Origin: Phoronis australis
Taxonomy: Eukaryota; Animalia; Phoronida
NCBI GenBank assembly: GCA_002633005.1
Contig: NMRA01000233.1
Location: 62,001-126,000 of the forward strand
DNA length: 64,000 nt
Reading direction: 5' to 3'
The notes below the pieces were generated by a model. It saw only the letters and a program-made list of their open reading frames with translations. It was not told where the DNA came from and did not search any database. A program made the position numbers and the translations under genes. Positions within the stretch are counted from its first letter, which is position 1. Every line of letters begins with the position of its first letter. Of the stretch, positions 1 through 12,356 are shown piece by piece.

Positions 1-1718
1 TACACATTCTCGGAAATTCGAGCCCCCTATATTTCAGGCCAGTGCCCTCCTCCTTATGATATCCTAGATCGGCCGCTGATACGTTACTTTAAGGGTCTAA
101 AGCTTAAGGTGAAAACCAATAAAAATGTAACATGAAATTTGCGCCCGGAAGCTTCAGTGTCGGTAGCACGGTGATATAGAGTAGCCTAAATTATTGCAAA
201 GGGGCACAGTTAAAATGTGTTGACCGGTGCAGGTGACTGCCGATCGCCGGACGATCAGAATGCCCGGCCCCGGCGGGTTTCCCTCGCGAAACAAAACATG
301 TCGGTTACCGTCATCGACACATTTTAAAATGCGAGTTTTCGTTTNAGGGGGGTGGGGGGGCACACACGAATTTAATGAACGAGGAAACTGCTCACCAACC
401 GTGAAATACGGCTTCCTACCTGCTGAATACGGCCTCTACCGTGGTATACGGATTGGCTCTATTTTCCTATATTTCATAGTTGATCCGTATTTTCACATTA
501 TATATGGGATAAAAAAGAATACACAGTTATTTGCACATAAAATATCGCACGGTTGTTTTTAAAATTCAATTTCATTCATGGTACACCGGCCACAAGTCAC
601 ATAGTAACGTCTTAAATACAAACTAAATTCCGGCGGCGAATTTTTATGCATCACTAAAAACACGCAAACAACGCCCGAGTGCAACTGACGCTAAACGTAC
701 TATGAAGTGAAGATAACATAAAATTAGCTCAAGTTCCCGGCGTATAAGGGCGTTCTCGTTAACACCGACTGTCATTCCTTAATTAATTCTGATCTTTTTT
801 CACCCGTTTTTAAAAATAGACCGTAAAAGCAAAAGTGTCCTTTAACTGGATGGAGTAGGCCTAAATCAACCCAAAATCATCACAGAAGCAGTGCTGTAGT
901 GGGTCGTAGGCGCACGTGGGCGCAGCCAATCACCTTTTAGCATTTGAGCGTAGCGCCTACGCACCGTAAGTTACGTTCAGTGCTCAAAGTGATACTGTGG
1001 GCTTTGGGCGCCTACTTACCTCTAATTTTACCACTACAGCTATGCACAGAAGTCCCACATATGCCCCGGAGAAAAGTACGCCGTTCGTGTTTTAAAAATT
1101 CCGTCANAATGTGTGCAGTTTTTGTTGTATGTGTGTGCGTGTGTCCCGTGGCGGGGACTAAGCTCCGGCAGATTGCGGCAAGTGTCCGATTCACCAGGCC
1201 ACCGAGGTAATTAAATCGGTTCTCCGTGTTTTTTGTTTTTTTTCCTCCGTTGTTTTGAGTAAGAGGTACACATTCTCGGAAATTCGAGCCCCCTATATTT
1301 CAGGCCAGTGCCCCCCCTCCTTATGATATCCTAGATCGGTTACTTTAAGGGTCTAAAGCTTAAGGTGAAAACCAATAAAAATTTAAAATGAAATTTGCGT
1401 CATCGGAAGCTTCAGTGTCGGTAGCACGGTGATATAGGGTAGCCTAAATTATTGCAAAGGGGCACAGTTAAAATGTGTTGACCGGTGCAGGTGACTGCCG
1501 ATCGCCGGACGATCAGAATGCCCGGTCCCGGCGGGTTACCCTCTCGCGAAACAAAACATGTCGGTTACCGTCATAGACACATTTTAAAATGCGAGTTTTC
1601 GTTTTACCCTATAGCATAAGCGCCTACTTACCTCTAATTTTACCACTACAGCTATGCACAGAAGTCCCACATATGCCCCGGAGAAAAGTACGCCGTTCGT
1701 GTTTTAAAAATTCCGTCA
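1..1718. repeat. Locally duplicated repeat segments, possibly an assembly artefact
   Basis: 1-344 is near-identical to 1267-1604, and 1008-1106 to 1620-1718. Single N bases at 345 and 1107 fall exactly where the similarities end. Confidence 0.8.
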
Positions 1719-4042
1719 ATAAATAGAACCAATCAGTGACAAGAACTACAGTGCTAATGAATGAAAGAGTACAACAGCTCAGTCTGGTCAAGTAAGAAAG
1801 GAATTGAGTTAAATGTGAAAACTGTTGGGCACTAATCAACGAGAACGTCTGTGCAACTGATAATTCTGTGAAGCAGAAAGATTACCCTGTTCTGTTTAGG
1901 TGCCCGAAAAACAAAGATAAAAACTAGCCCATTAATGCTATACACTCTGTGAAATCTCAAAAAAATAAAGCCATGGTTATATCTCTTTATTGGATTATTA
2001 ACTGGGAGTAATATGCATTTATTGGTCCTAGATTATTAAGAAATACACACGTTTGACAAAACTCGCATAAAACGGTCACGTTTGCTCGCCAGTTTCAGCA
2101 GCTGAAGGCTTTGTCCCTTTTTTGTCGTTGGTTACAGAACATGCTTTTGCCTCAGAAAAATGGATAAAAAAACTATTTTTTATTATCTGCTAGAAAGCCA
2201 AAACCGGGTTGGTTTTCAAAATGACCGTAATACCCTGTTTTCAAAACAAGAAAGTAAAAAACAAATATAAAACATTATGATTGACCAAGTTTTTTATGAT
2301 TTGACGACAACAATGTCTATTTCGTTTGCTTGAGACTGGTGATATTTCGTGATGTTTCGGGTAAGGTTCGTTCGAATAATGCACTGTACCCCCCTCAAAG
2401 TTAGAGCGATTCAGATGTCCCCTTCCCCCGGCCTCTCTGGAATTCACGCTCTAACAATAGAGCTGCAGGACCATTGGCGCATTAGTGAAGACTTCGCGGC
2501 AATAAAGCAGTGGCTAAAGAAATGGATTTATCGTAGACTAAAACCGATGATTTCTTCCTACTGATGAAGTTTTGTTGTCGGGGTCTGTTTCTTACGATCC
2601 CGAATAAGCACGCCTTAGCAAAAAAATAAATGCCTTATTATATGTTACGGTTAATCACTAAGGTACGTAGTTCCGTTTGGTTCTAGTTATGGTTCATTAT
2701 TATTTATTCCGAGTCCTAAGTTTTAGTATAGTTTCAGTAAATATCTTGTTCTCGCAGTAGATATCTGGCCAACGACCATTAGCAACGGGCTAGATTGATA
2801 TCTGAGCTTCCCTGCATTTGGAAACCGCGGTCATCCAGAGTTGAAATCAAACGAATTTTTAGGTAAATCTCTGTAAGCCAATCGTCACATTACAGCTATA
2901 TGCAGGGTGGTCCTATCCGCGCGACCACCACTGGAAATCCACCTTCACACCCCTTTCCTCCTCCAAAGGCATTTAATTTGCGATTGTCGTTTTCAGCCAA
3001 CCCTTACAGGGCGAAATGCCACCAGTCTATTGGCCAAAATCGGGCTCTAGAATCCTTTCAAGTTAGCTGATTAATAAACGAACATGATCGAATAAGGCCT
3101 TTTCTGGTTTCACATTCCATTTTAGGCGTTACCAACTGCAGTCACAGGTAATGCACCAGTCATTTTCGAATTTGAAGTTTTATTATAGGATAGGGCAGTG
3201 GCGGATTTAAGAGGGGGGGAGCAAGCAGGCAATGCCCCCTAAAATTCTCCCAGATTCCATTGTGAGACAAAATCGACTGTAAGTCCACCTATTCTGAGCA
3301 TATCCATGCTCCATTTACTGCAAGTAGTCAGTTCTGTCCCTGAAAATTCGCCCAATACTTTACTCAACAATTACTATGTAGTGAGATTTCAAACCCAATT
3401 TCAGTGTGCCACTGTAATTTTATAGAGCTATTTATAATATTATTAAGTGATTTTTGTACTAATGTAAAAGTCCAAAATTATCTCAGGAAGTGATTCCTCA
3501 ATTCCTTTTGACTATCGTAGAAGCGCAGTAGAGATTCTTGAGATCAATTTCTTTACGATAAATAACTTGTTTTTTTAGTCCCTATGCTTAGTTTGACCTA
3601 TAAGGTGGAAACTGAGTATTAATTTTTTTTTACATTCAACAACAACACAAAAATAGGAAGAAACAATGTTTTAGTACAGTCAGACAAGGCTGGTTTGTAA
3701 CAGGAGCCGATCAAACCCAGAGAATAACTCCATGTAAGGTATGACACTGTCTTCATTTTCAGAACAGAATACTTGGTAGACCTGAGAGGCTCCCACATCA
3801 AAGAAACTTGACTGGCTACATGCCGGGGGCTACTTTCCAAACTCACGATATTTGCCTCATGCATCATAATGTCAACCAGTAGCCAGAAAGTGCCTCATGG
3901 ATGTTCAGCATTGCTGTCAAATACATTAGCATTGCTGTATTTCAGGAGGCGTTACAGCTGAGATCTCATGATTTTGGTCCATGTTGAGTAAGGGATACAC
4001 AAATCCATTTGCAGTGACAGAAATGAGCTGAAAAACAATCAT

Positions 4043-7000
4043 TTATGCAGTCCTCTGCCGTTTATTACAATCCCCGCCAGATGTCTCCACTCCGTGCAAC
4101 AGTTTAACTAATTCTGCTGCTTCCCTGGCTTGCAGACGATCGTCCAGATACTGTTGACACGTGGCCTGAAGTTGTTCACAAAACTTCTCTGTTTTACCCA
4201 ATGTCTGAGACATGTCTTTTGCTTTCATATTGATCAAAACCTGGAATATTAGCAAATAGTTGAACAATACAAGATTCAGCAATTATGACTTAAGTCTTTC
4301 GTCTAATCTTCATTAGTGCATTCCATTAATATTTATTTATGTATATAGTTATTTAATTATTCATCATTTTTATGTATTCTTGTATATATTTATTTAGCCT
4401 ATTTAATATCTGATTTACTCATTTACTGCTGACTGTCTTTATCTTTCATAGGTTTTCATTTTGTTTCTCATCTTTTTACAGAACAGTAATGGAAATAAGT
4501 CTGATTTTTTATGTTATCGTTGTCGTGCACTTGTACTTTCATTTTTTTCTTGTGTTTTCATGTTTCTCTTTTACTTCTCTGTACTTGTGCGATTCTAATT
4601 AATTTATATTTTATTAATATTATCACTATCATTATTATTCTTATCAGGTGAACATATGAATAAAAATGTTTGAAAGTCCAGATTTCCATAAGATGACAAT
4701 CATGTGGGTAGGTATGTACAAGAGAGAACTGAGGTACCATTTGAAGCTATTAATGAAGACTAGACCCAACCAGAGAACGTTTGACGACCTCTGGTGCTGA
4801 TACTTCATGTAAATATTATTTTGTTGTACTCAGATGAAATCATGTGGTCGGGCTGAATCAGGCAAGTTTTACTGAAATTCCAAGGAGCATCATGATTGTC
4901 GTATTAGTTCTACACTTTTAATGCATATAGACTATTTAAAAAAAAAACGATAAATATAAACTTTGGTTTGTTGCTGCTCCGGCAAAAAATGTATGTCGGG
5001 AAAGGCACTTTTATTTTGTACCCACTGCCAATACTTTTCATTTATTTCTTAAACCCACGACCCATAATTTTTAATTAGGTTAAAATATAAAATCCAAAAT
5101 TTGCAAACAAGATGCCTCAAGGATGACTAGTTATCTTGTCTAATATTGCCAAAAACTACAGTAGCCAAGAGGGTGGTCGAATCAAAACAAAAACGACTTC
5201 TGTCAACGCATCCATCCCTGTTATATATTTTTGTGCCAAATTTCCAGTTGTGCCTGGCACTTTTTGAGATAATCAACCTGTCTTGTCAAAAACAAAAATG
5301 CCCCACAGGGGGTGCTACAGTAGCCGAATCTGTCAAAGATCGACTGGTGCGAGCGCATACCAACCATCTATCTTAGTCTATGCCACATGTCATCAAGATC
5401 CGTCAAGCGGTTTCAGAGTAACTGGCGGTGCTGGCGCATCCTTGATGATTACCTCTATACCAAATTTGATCATGATCCGCCAAGCGGACAAAAATGATAT
5501 TAAAAGACGGACTCATAAGTTTTAATTAGGTTGAAATATAAAACGCATACTTTTTGAGATAGTCAACCTGTCTTGTCAAAAACTAAAACAGCCAACAAGG
5601 GGTCTATGGTAGCCAAATCTGTCCAAAATCGATTGGCTGAAAATACCAACCTGTCAACACTTACAGGTCAAAAATACAACCCAGTTTTAATGCTTTAATT
5701 CTTACAAGAACGACCACCCATAACTTGAGTTTTTTTCTGAAAACCACCAACCATGAATTTTATTTCAACTGTCGCCCCCCCCCCCTTCTATACAGATTTT
5801 GCTGGAACAGCCCTAAGCTGAATACAATATGGCTTTTAATAAGTACAATTTTCAATGTTTGATTAAAAAGCCGCAAGGGTATTTTCTTTTAATAGCAGTC
5901 TAACGTGAAAAGTATAAAAAAGATTGAGGGATGTTTCAGTATGGGAGGAGGGGAAGGCAATTGAAATAAAAATTTATGGGTGGTTGTGTTTGATTTAAAT
6001 TCAAAATGGCTGGTGGTCGTACTTCAAAAAAATATAAAATTACAGGTCGTTGTTTCATTGTGCCATAAATGTTTGATGGGGGGTAATTTCAGTAAGTTTT
6101 ATAAACATTCCGCACAGAATCAACAACTAGAATAAAAACGCAACTTGCAAAAACCTCTGACTTTTTCACTCCCTCCGATCTCCCCATCGGCATGCCCATA
6201 ACACCAGTTAACCACAGGTGCTCGAATTTCCCCGATGACTAATAACCGTATATAAGAAACATATGTTTTCTTAGTAATGAATGATTTCAGTGGTGATCGA
6301 GGAACAGATAAACTCAGGCGCGTGTGCAGTCAACCAGAAGAACAACAAAAAAATTATGGGTGGTTGCATTTCAAACTTAAAAAAAATTACAGATGGTGGT
6401 CTGAAGAAAAAAATGAAAAATATGGGTGGTGGGTGCGAAAAAAAGTGCCTTCCCCCTCTCCCATACAGATTTTAGTGGAACAGCCCAGATTAAACTCTGG
6501 TATACACACGAGTCCCCCAATTTTTCCTGCCATAGAAAATTTAAATCAAATGAAATGTGATTGTGTGATTGATAGCGTTGTTTTACTGCCAATGTACCTT
6601 ATTTGCTAAATTTTACCAAAAATATATGGTCGTGTGACCCAGTTAATGGTAGATTGGTAAAAAGTCAATAAATTTCTATTCCCAGAAAATATATAACTTT
6701 ACCGAGTCAAAATCTATAGTTTTGTAGATATTCAATGACACACACACAATCTATTCTTCCAAGGATAGTATAGTGCATACTCTCCAAGGGAACCAAGGAT
6801 AGTACACACTCTCTAAGGGACTCAGGGATGTGCAAAGGTAACATCAGATTGGTTGGTTTCCCTTTAATTACAATCAAGTACCTCCAGATCAGTTTCTGGG
6901 AATGTGGCTATCACATGAAAGTCCTCACACAGCATCAGGCATAACTCATGCTCCCTGCTGTGGTAGCTAGCACTGTCTGTGGTATCTGGCACATCAAATC

Positions 7001-10000
7001 CATCTTAAAATAAAAAAAAATCTAATTCAAGACTACTTTAACTTAAGCAAAGCAGTTTACACACAGTGGAGAAAGAAAAAAATTCAAAACAACTGTTCAA
7101 CATTGCTATGTATCTTGATGTTTACATAAGCCACCTTGAAATATGAATCAAAACAAGATTTTTCAAAAGTGACATATTTTGAGAGTGACGTCCAGAATTG
7201 ATCAGCTACAATACAAGGGCGACAAGCTTTTGAGTTTGAACTTATGATGGAGATGAACTTACTCAGATCAATGCAGAACATTAAGATGTTATTTAAGAAA
7301 ACATAAAAATCAAATAACAGGAAAAGTTAAATTTATATAATATAGTTGATAAATAATTGAGATTACAATACGAGGCTTTTGCTGGCATGACAAAATATCC
7401 TGATAAATGTTACGAGCCATGCTGTTGCAGTAAACATTCTTTTGGTCTTTTTCCAACTGGAGACACACTGGAGTGAGCCATGTCACATATGTTCAGCACC
7501 CCCAAAATTTGCAGGTGATACAGGTAGTAATATCAAGCAGCAGGGTTTTACAATTTTTTTGAAACTTATTGTGATTATCAAGACCTCGCTACAGTACTCC
7601 CTTAAAAGATTGTGTTTACATATTCGGAATCTTGGTGCAAGCAATGAGTGCAGTACAATACATATGGGAGAGTTCACTTGTGCGTTCGCTGTTATCGCTG
7701 CTACTAGCACAGCCAAGTGGTGAATAAGCAACGGTCAAGTAGGAAGCACAAGAACAATGGGGAAGGATGCATTTTGCAGTACGATAAATTGCACTAATTC
7801 ATCCACGCAAACCCCACATGTGTCATTTTTTCTGTTTCCTAAGGATCCAGAAAATAAGGATTATTTATTATTCAATAATATGATATATTGTCTTTTATTT
7901 TGTGTGTTCTGTTCATGATTGGAAGACAAGTCGACCGCAGTCCCAGTGCTGCTGTTGTCTGCAGTGTAGGCCACTGCACAGGCTACGCTCTGTCTTCTGC
8001 AGATACTTTGTTATCTTATGTGAGGAAGCATCAGAATGGAATACAGTGTTGTGGTAGTGATGAATTGTCTTGCTTTCTTCTTCTTACTTAATAGTGTTAC
8101 ACCTACTGCCCCCCCTAATATTCCCCCAGATTCTATTTGGCAGTTCAGGGGTGCCAATGTCTGACAGGCAATCCTGTCTAATAGCTGCCCTGCTCCCCAC
8201 CCCTGCCCTAACTCGAAATCCTGAATCCATTCCTGTGAACCCCCTGGCCCCAGGAGCAATCACAACAAGTATGTAGTCCATGGAGGTATGAAATGCTATA
8301 AGGAACAATAAATTGCCTTATTAAGAACTCAAACAACACCATGATGGCTAATTTTGAAGGGAGCTTCAAAAGAAAGAAAACAAATTCATTCTTGAGATTC
8401 GATTGTACGTGGATGTTAGTTTAACCAATTTTTAATCGCACAGTAATTTTATTGCACATCGAACGTCACCAAAGTATTAATTTATCAGTGTTTAAATGGT
8501 TTGGACTGCGCCGCTAAATTAGTGTTGCTTATTCGCCGCTTGGAGCGTTAGTTTTTCTACCGATAACCATTGCGGCAAGTGGCAAGATGGTGGAATGAAT
8601 TGTCCTATTCTATGTACACTCTTTGGTGCAAGTACCTGCGTCTGTCTTCTTCCTCGACAGCCATGATTCATTATTCGGCAACAGAATAAATATAGTATTG
8701 TCCGGAAGGCACTGGAAGTAATCCTCGTCCTCTACATGAGTCCCATCTTCCTCCAGAACAACGTCTACCTTTTCATCCACTTTCAGAGACAGCTTCACTT
8801 TACCTTGAACACAGTGCAAACACGGCTCAAATTTACATTGTTTTATATTGTTTTATTTGTTTAAATTCAAGTCACACTGTCATAGTACTGTCCGCAGTAT
8901 CTTCAGTTATTTCCAACTGTTAGCAAAACCACAGTGCTTTGGCGGTGATACTTTTGATCAGGACTTTGAAATATATTCAGCTAACACTGCAAAAGAATAT
9001 GTTTCTAGATCTAGAGTTATTTCAAACTGATCACCATTTTCTGTGAGTTCCTTCAGACTTTCAGCGACAACGGACTTCCTCACAGTTCTGCTCCTGTTCC
9101 AAATCTTGAATGGTCTTCTCGGCATCTCCTTATCATAGTAGGATTTGCAATAAATGAGATTGTCTAACCTTCTTCGTGACAAAACTTGAGACAAATCTGA
9201 AATGAACGTAACATTGACACATAATGAGCACGTTTCTTTCATAAAAATTCGCAATCCCAAATTCAAGAAATCTGGCATTAAATTTAAGGCCACTTCCAAA
9301 AATACAACTCCTTTGTCACAACACTAACTTCATGGCAAAGGTAGCACTGATAGCATGTGGTAAGGAATAAGAAATTTGTCCAGAATATGTTGGAATTTCC
9401 ACTGTTGACTTCTTTCATCAACTAACTTTATTCTGTGCTCGTTAGAACCCGGTGCTGTATTATGTTCATTCAGGGCTTGCAAATACCACAGGCAACATTT
9501 TGATTAGCAAAATGAACTTGTGTTCCAAGGCAAGTGTGCCTGTAAAGAGTTATTTACAGACAGGTTACAAGTCTAGATAGAGTGCTCTCCCTACGCTTCC
9601 TAACCCTTGTACAAAATATGGCCATACAAAATCTGATCCAAGGTTATAAATAATTAAAGCTATCCTCTTTCTCGACAGTTAACAGTGCAAAAAGACTGCC
9701 TTTCTACCGTTATTCTGCTTCTGAATTTGAGGAGCAGTAAGATGCATTGGCATTCAGTGCCACGAAATACAGCATCACGTACTAGTCAGTTTATTTTTGG
9801 ACGATTTTTCAATCAGCTGTTCTTAAACAAGGTTGTTTACTGTTCTCAAAAAATTAGAAGAAACAGCTTCACTACTGTCTAACTTTTTAGAATGTTATTA
9901 CTTGCAAACCAAATTTTTGAGCAAATTTGACTTCAATGTAGTTCGCATTATTTCACAGATTTGTAAAAAAATTATAGCAACTGGTGTGTGCTTGTCATGA

Positions 10001-11147
10001 GCATAATTGTTTTCAAGACGACACTTTTTTGTTATAAAATTTCAAAATTATCCACTGGATAAGTTTGATAGTTGCATGACGTCAGGTGCACTGTTCAACA
10101 ATAACGTGCCACGCGATAATGAGTCATCGTTGTTGCTATACGGCATACAACTTTATGCAACTGGGACAAGGAGAATGACACATAAAAATGAAGAAATTTT
10201 GACTAAAGAACTGAAAAAAGAGAAATTGGCCAGGCTAAAGGCAAAAGGTGTATTTCATAAAGCTGAAAGCTGACACATAAGATTGCTCCATGACTTCCCT
10301 TACTTTAGCAGTAGAATAACGGTAGAATGGCATTTTTTCTAGCACTCGGTATATAAATTAGTTGTCACCAAGACTATCAATATCAGGCTTATCATGTACT
10401 GTAGGATGGGGAGCGTGGCATTGCATCCCATATTTTATGTGTCTTGGATTCTGTGTGAAAGAAAATCAGGTGCATCAAATGGGAATCAAACCACACAGGT
10501 CCCACGGACCAGAGTGATGGTGAAGTGCACTTACCACTAAGCTAGATTCCTCAAAACCTGTGCAAAAATATAGATATAAAGAAGATACACGAGGTTTGTG
10601 AATTTACTATAGATCCGACTAAGATGCTAGGCCTACCTGTAGCTGAGTGTGAAATACAAAAAAAATCATGACAGAGTAACACAGGCCTACTTCAGATTGG
10701 AAAAAAAAATTTAGACAAGTACTAAATTAACATGTTACTTTTATGCATCCTTGTCGAATCCTGGTTGTCAGATCTGCAAGCAATGAACCCTGGAATTTGT
10801 GAATGCCAGCTGGATCTTGAAAATCCCCCTGAATTTAATTGGTGAGGTTTTGGCTAAGTCACAAATGGCAATCTTATGATTCTTATGTTGATTTTCTTGG
10901 CTGGTCGAGCGCTGATCAGCAGGGACAAATAGAACCCGGTGTGAAAGTAACCATATTGTCCCATTGGAAAAATTGTATGGCTTGCGTGTATTTGAATGGG
11001 GAAACATCCCAGTAATCCAATGAATTATGCTGGCATTCAAATACATGCATAGCAAGGAGTTCCCTACAAGGGGACAACCACAACTACCACACAGTGACAT
11101 ATCGTCCGGTTACCTATTTTCGTCAGGCTCCAAAGTTCGTCCGCCAT
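4043..11147 (-). CDS. DFFA: DNA fragmentation factor alpha (ICAD/DFF45)-like, CIDE-N domain protein, about 227 aa, 5 coding exons
   Basis: Exons 11147-11114, 9196-9035, 8803-8636, 7003-6882 and 4240-4043 have GT-AG boundaries and compatible phases. CIDE-N motifs RPFKIWNRSRTVRKSVVAESLKEL and VVLEEDGTHVEDEDYFQCLPDNTIFILL are followed by DTTDS (caspase-site-like) and a DFF-C-like helical region LQATCQQYLDDRLQAREAAELVKLL. The gene is head-to-head with PEX14, as vertebrate DFFA is. Confidence 0.85.
5106..5660. repeat. Degraded interspersed repeat with an internal ~290-bp duplication
   Basis: ctttttgagata(a/g)tcaacctgtcttgtcaaaaac occurs at ~5259 and ~5550. The core ccacagggggtgctacagtagcc has relatives at 26806 and 27126. 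Confidence 0.55.
5927..6487. mobile_element. MITE-like element with degenerate TIRs
   Basis: Ends are gggatgtttca and tggaacagccc. The same 3' end (tacagatttt..tggaacagccc) is also at ~5790-5812. It hosts the 114-bp mini-element at 6213-6326. Confidence 0.5.
6213..6326. mobile_element. 114-bp non-autonomous DNA transposon, copy 1 (8-bp TSD, hAT/P-like)
   Basis: TIRs cacaggtgctcga / tcaggcgcgtgtg, with flanks cagttaac / cagtcaac (8-bp TSD, 1 mismatch). Second copy at 13220-13332. Confidence 0.8.
9684..10346. mobile_element. MITE with ~35-bp TIRs in DFFA intron 1
   Basis: agtgcaaaaagactgcctttctaccgttattctgc is the inverted complement of gcagtagaataacggtagaatggcattttttctagcact. Confidence 0.7.
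10453..10552 (-). mobile_element. tRNA-derived SINE head (degenerate)
   Basis: Minus strand has an A box tagcttagtgg and a B-box-like ggtttgattccc, then cctgattttct as in the copy at 25011. Confidence 0.55.
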
Positions 11148-12356
11148 CTTGTTTCGCGTGCAGCGCAACCACGCGGGACTTAGCGTTCCAATTTGGAGTG
11201 CTCGTCTGCACGTTAGGTACTAACTTATCGGAAGAGACACGTATCAAAGTAATGAGACAAAAATCGGTGAGTTTACCGATTGTTTTTTAAAACCACTTAA
11301 AAATCAGTAGATTTTACTAATACACTTTTTTGTGCGTTTTCAGAAGATGTTTTCGAATTTAAATTTTCTTCCGACGGGACACAAAACATGATCCAGGGTT
11401 TGTTTATGCAATGTATCTGTTTTTCCCAGGCACTAGTAGGATCTAGAAGGCCAAAGGAAAAATCCGCAGACAAATGCGATACGCTGGGTTCTTAACATTT
11501 TGCCTCACGCATTCACCATTAAACTGCATTGAAATGTTGTCCAATTGGCTTTTATTGGAAACCACAGTGCAGAGCTCAACATCAAAGCTTCAAATCGAGT
11601 TTATGTCAATAAAAACAGGCTGTTGCAATTTTCATTACTTCGTTGGCCTTTTTCTGCATGTTTCTCAGTTTTTACAAAAGGGGGCAGCATATGACGAACT
11701 TAGGTGTCACAATAAAATGGCTGCCGAAGGCAGTGCACATTTGAAATAACTCGGCACAAATTAAAGAAAACTTCCGAATCGATGAATGCGGTATATCTGT
11801 GAGAGTTAAATCGAATCCTATTCAGATCATAACTTTGAAGTGGAATAATTCGGTGAGTACAACAGGAAGTCGGTTTTATGCTTAGGCGGACGAACATTGG
11901 GTTCCCCAGTATATAACTTAAGTTTTAGAACCACGGCGTAGGCATACTCGTTATAAAACCCGGGACACACAGAACCACGATGCGCATAAAACGGGACATA
12001 TAGAACCCGGGACACATTGGGATGACCACCTGTCAGTCTGCAGGCTATATCTGCAGCTATTTAGGCCTACAGTAAAGTATACCTGATCGTTTGCTTTTAG
12101 CAACTTTTGAATCCTACCGCCAAATGAAAATACAAAGAAACAGGAAGCGGAAGTAAAGTTGTTCAGTAACCAGCGCTAGAACTTAACTAAAATCTAGCCA
12201 AAATCACTTGTTTTCAATTCACATACATGGCAATATCTTACGTTATCTCACAAAATTTTGCTTTTTAGTGAGGTCCTAGCGTTACTGAACGCAGGGAAGT
12301 CCTAACATTTCCTTATATCCGCTCAATATCAAACCAAAAAAGTTCAAAGGTCAAAG
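11148..12356. promoter_or_regulatory. Bidirectional promoter region shared by DFFA and PEX14
   Basis: The divergent ATGs are ~1.2 kb apart and the region is richer in CpG. There is an ETS-like aggaagcggaagt at ~12141-12153, a YY1-like aagatggcgg over the DFFA ATG, and three cgggaca repeats at ~11957-12016. Confidence 0.65.

Noticed and set aside
154-2564. Cluster of short ORFs at the window start
   Set aside because: They lie in duplicated or repeat DNA, show no domain-like motifs and have no coherent exon chain.
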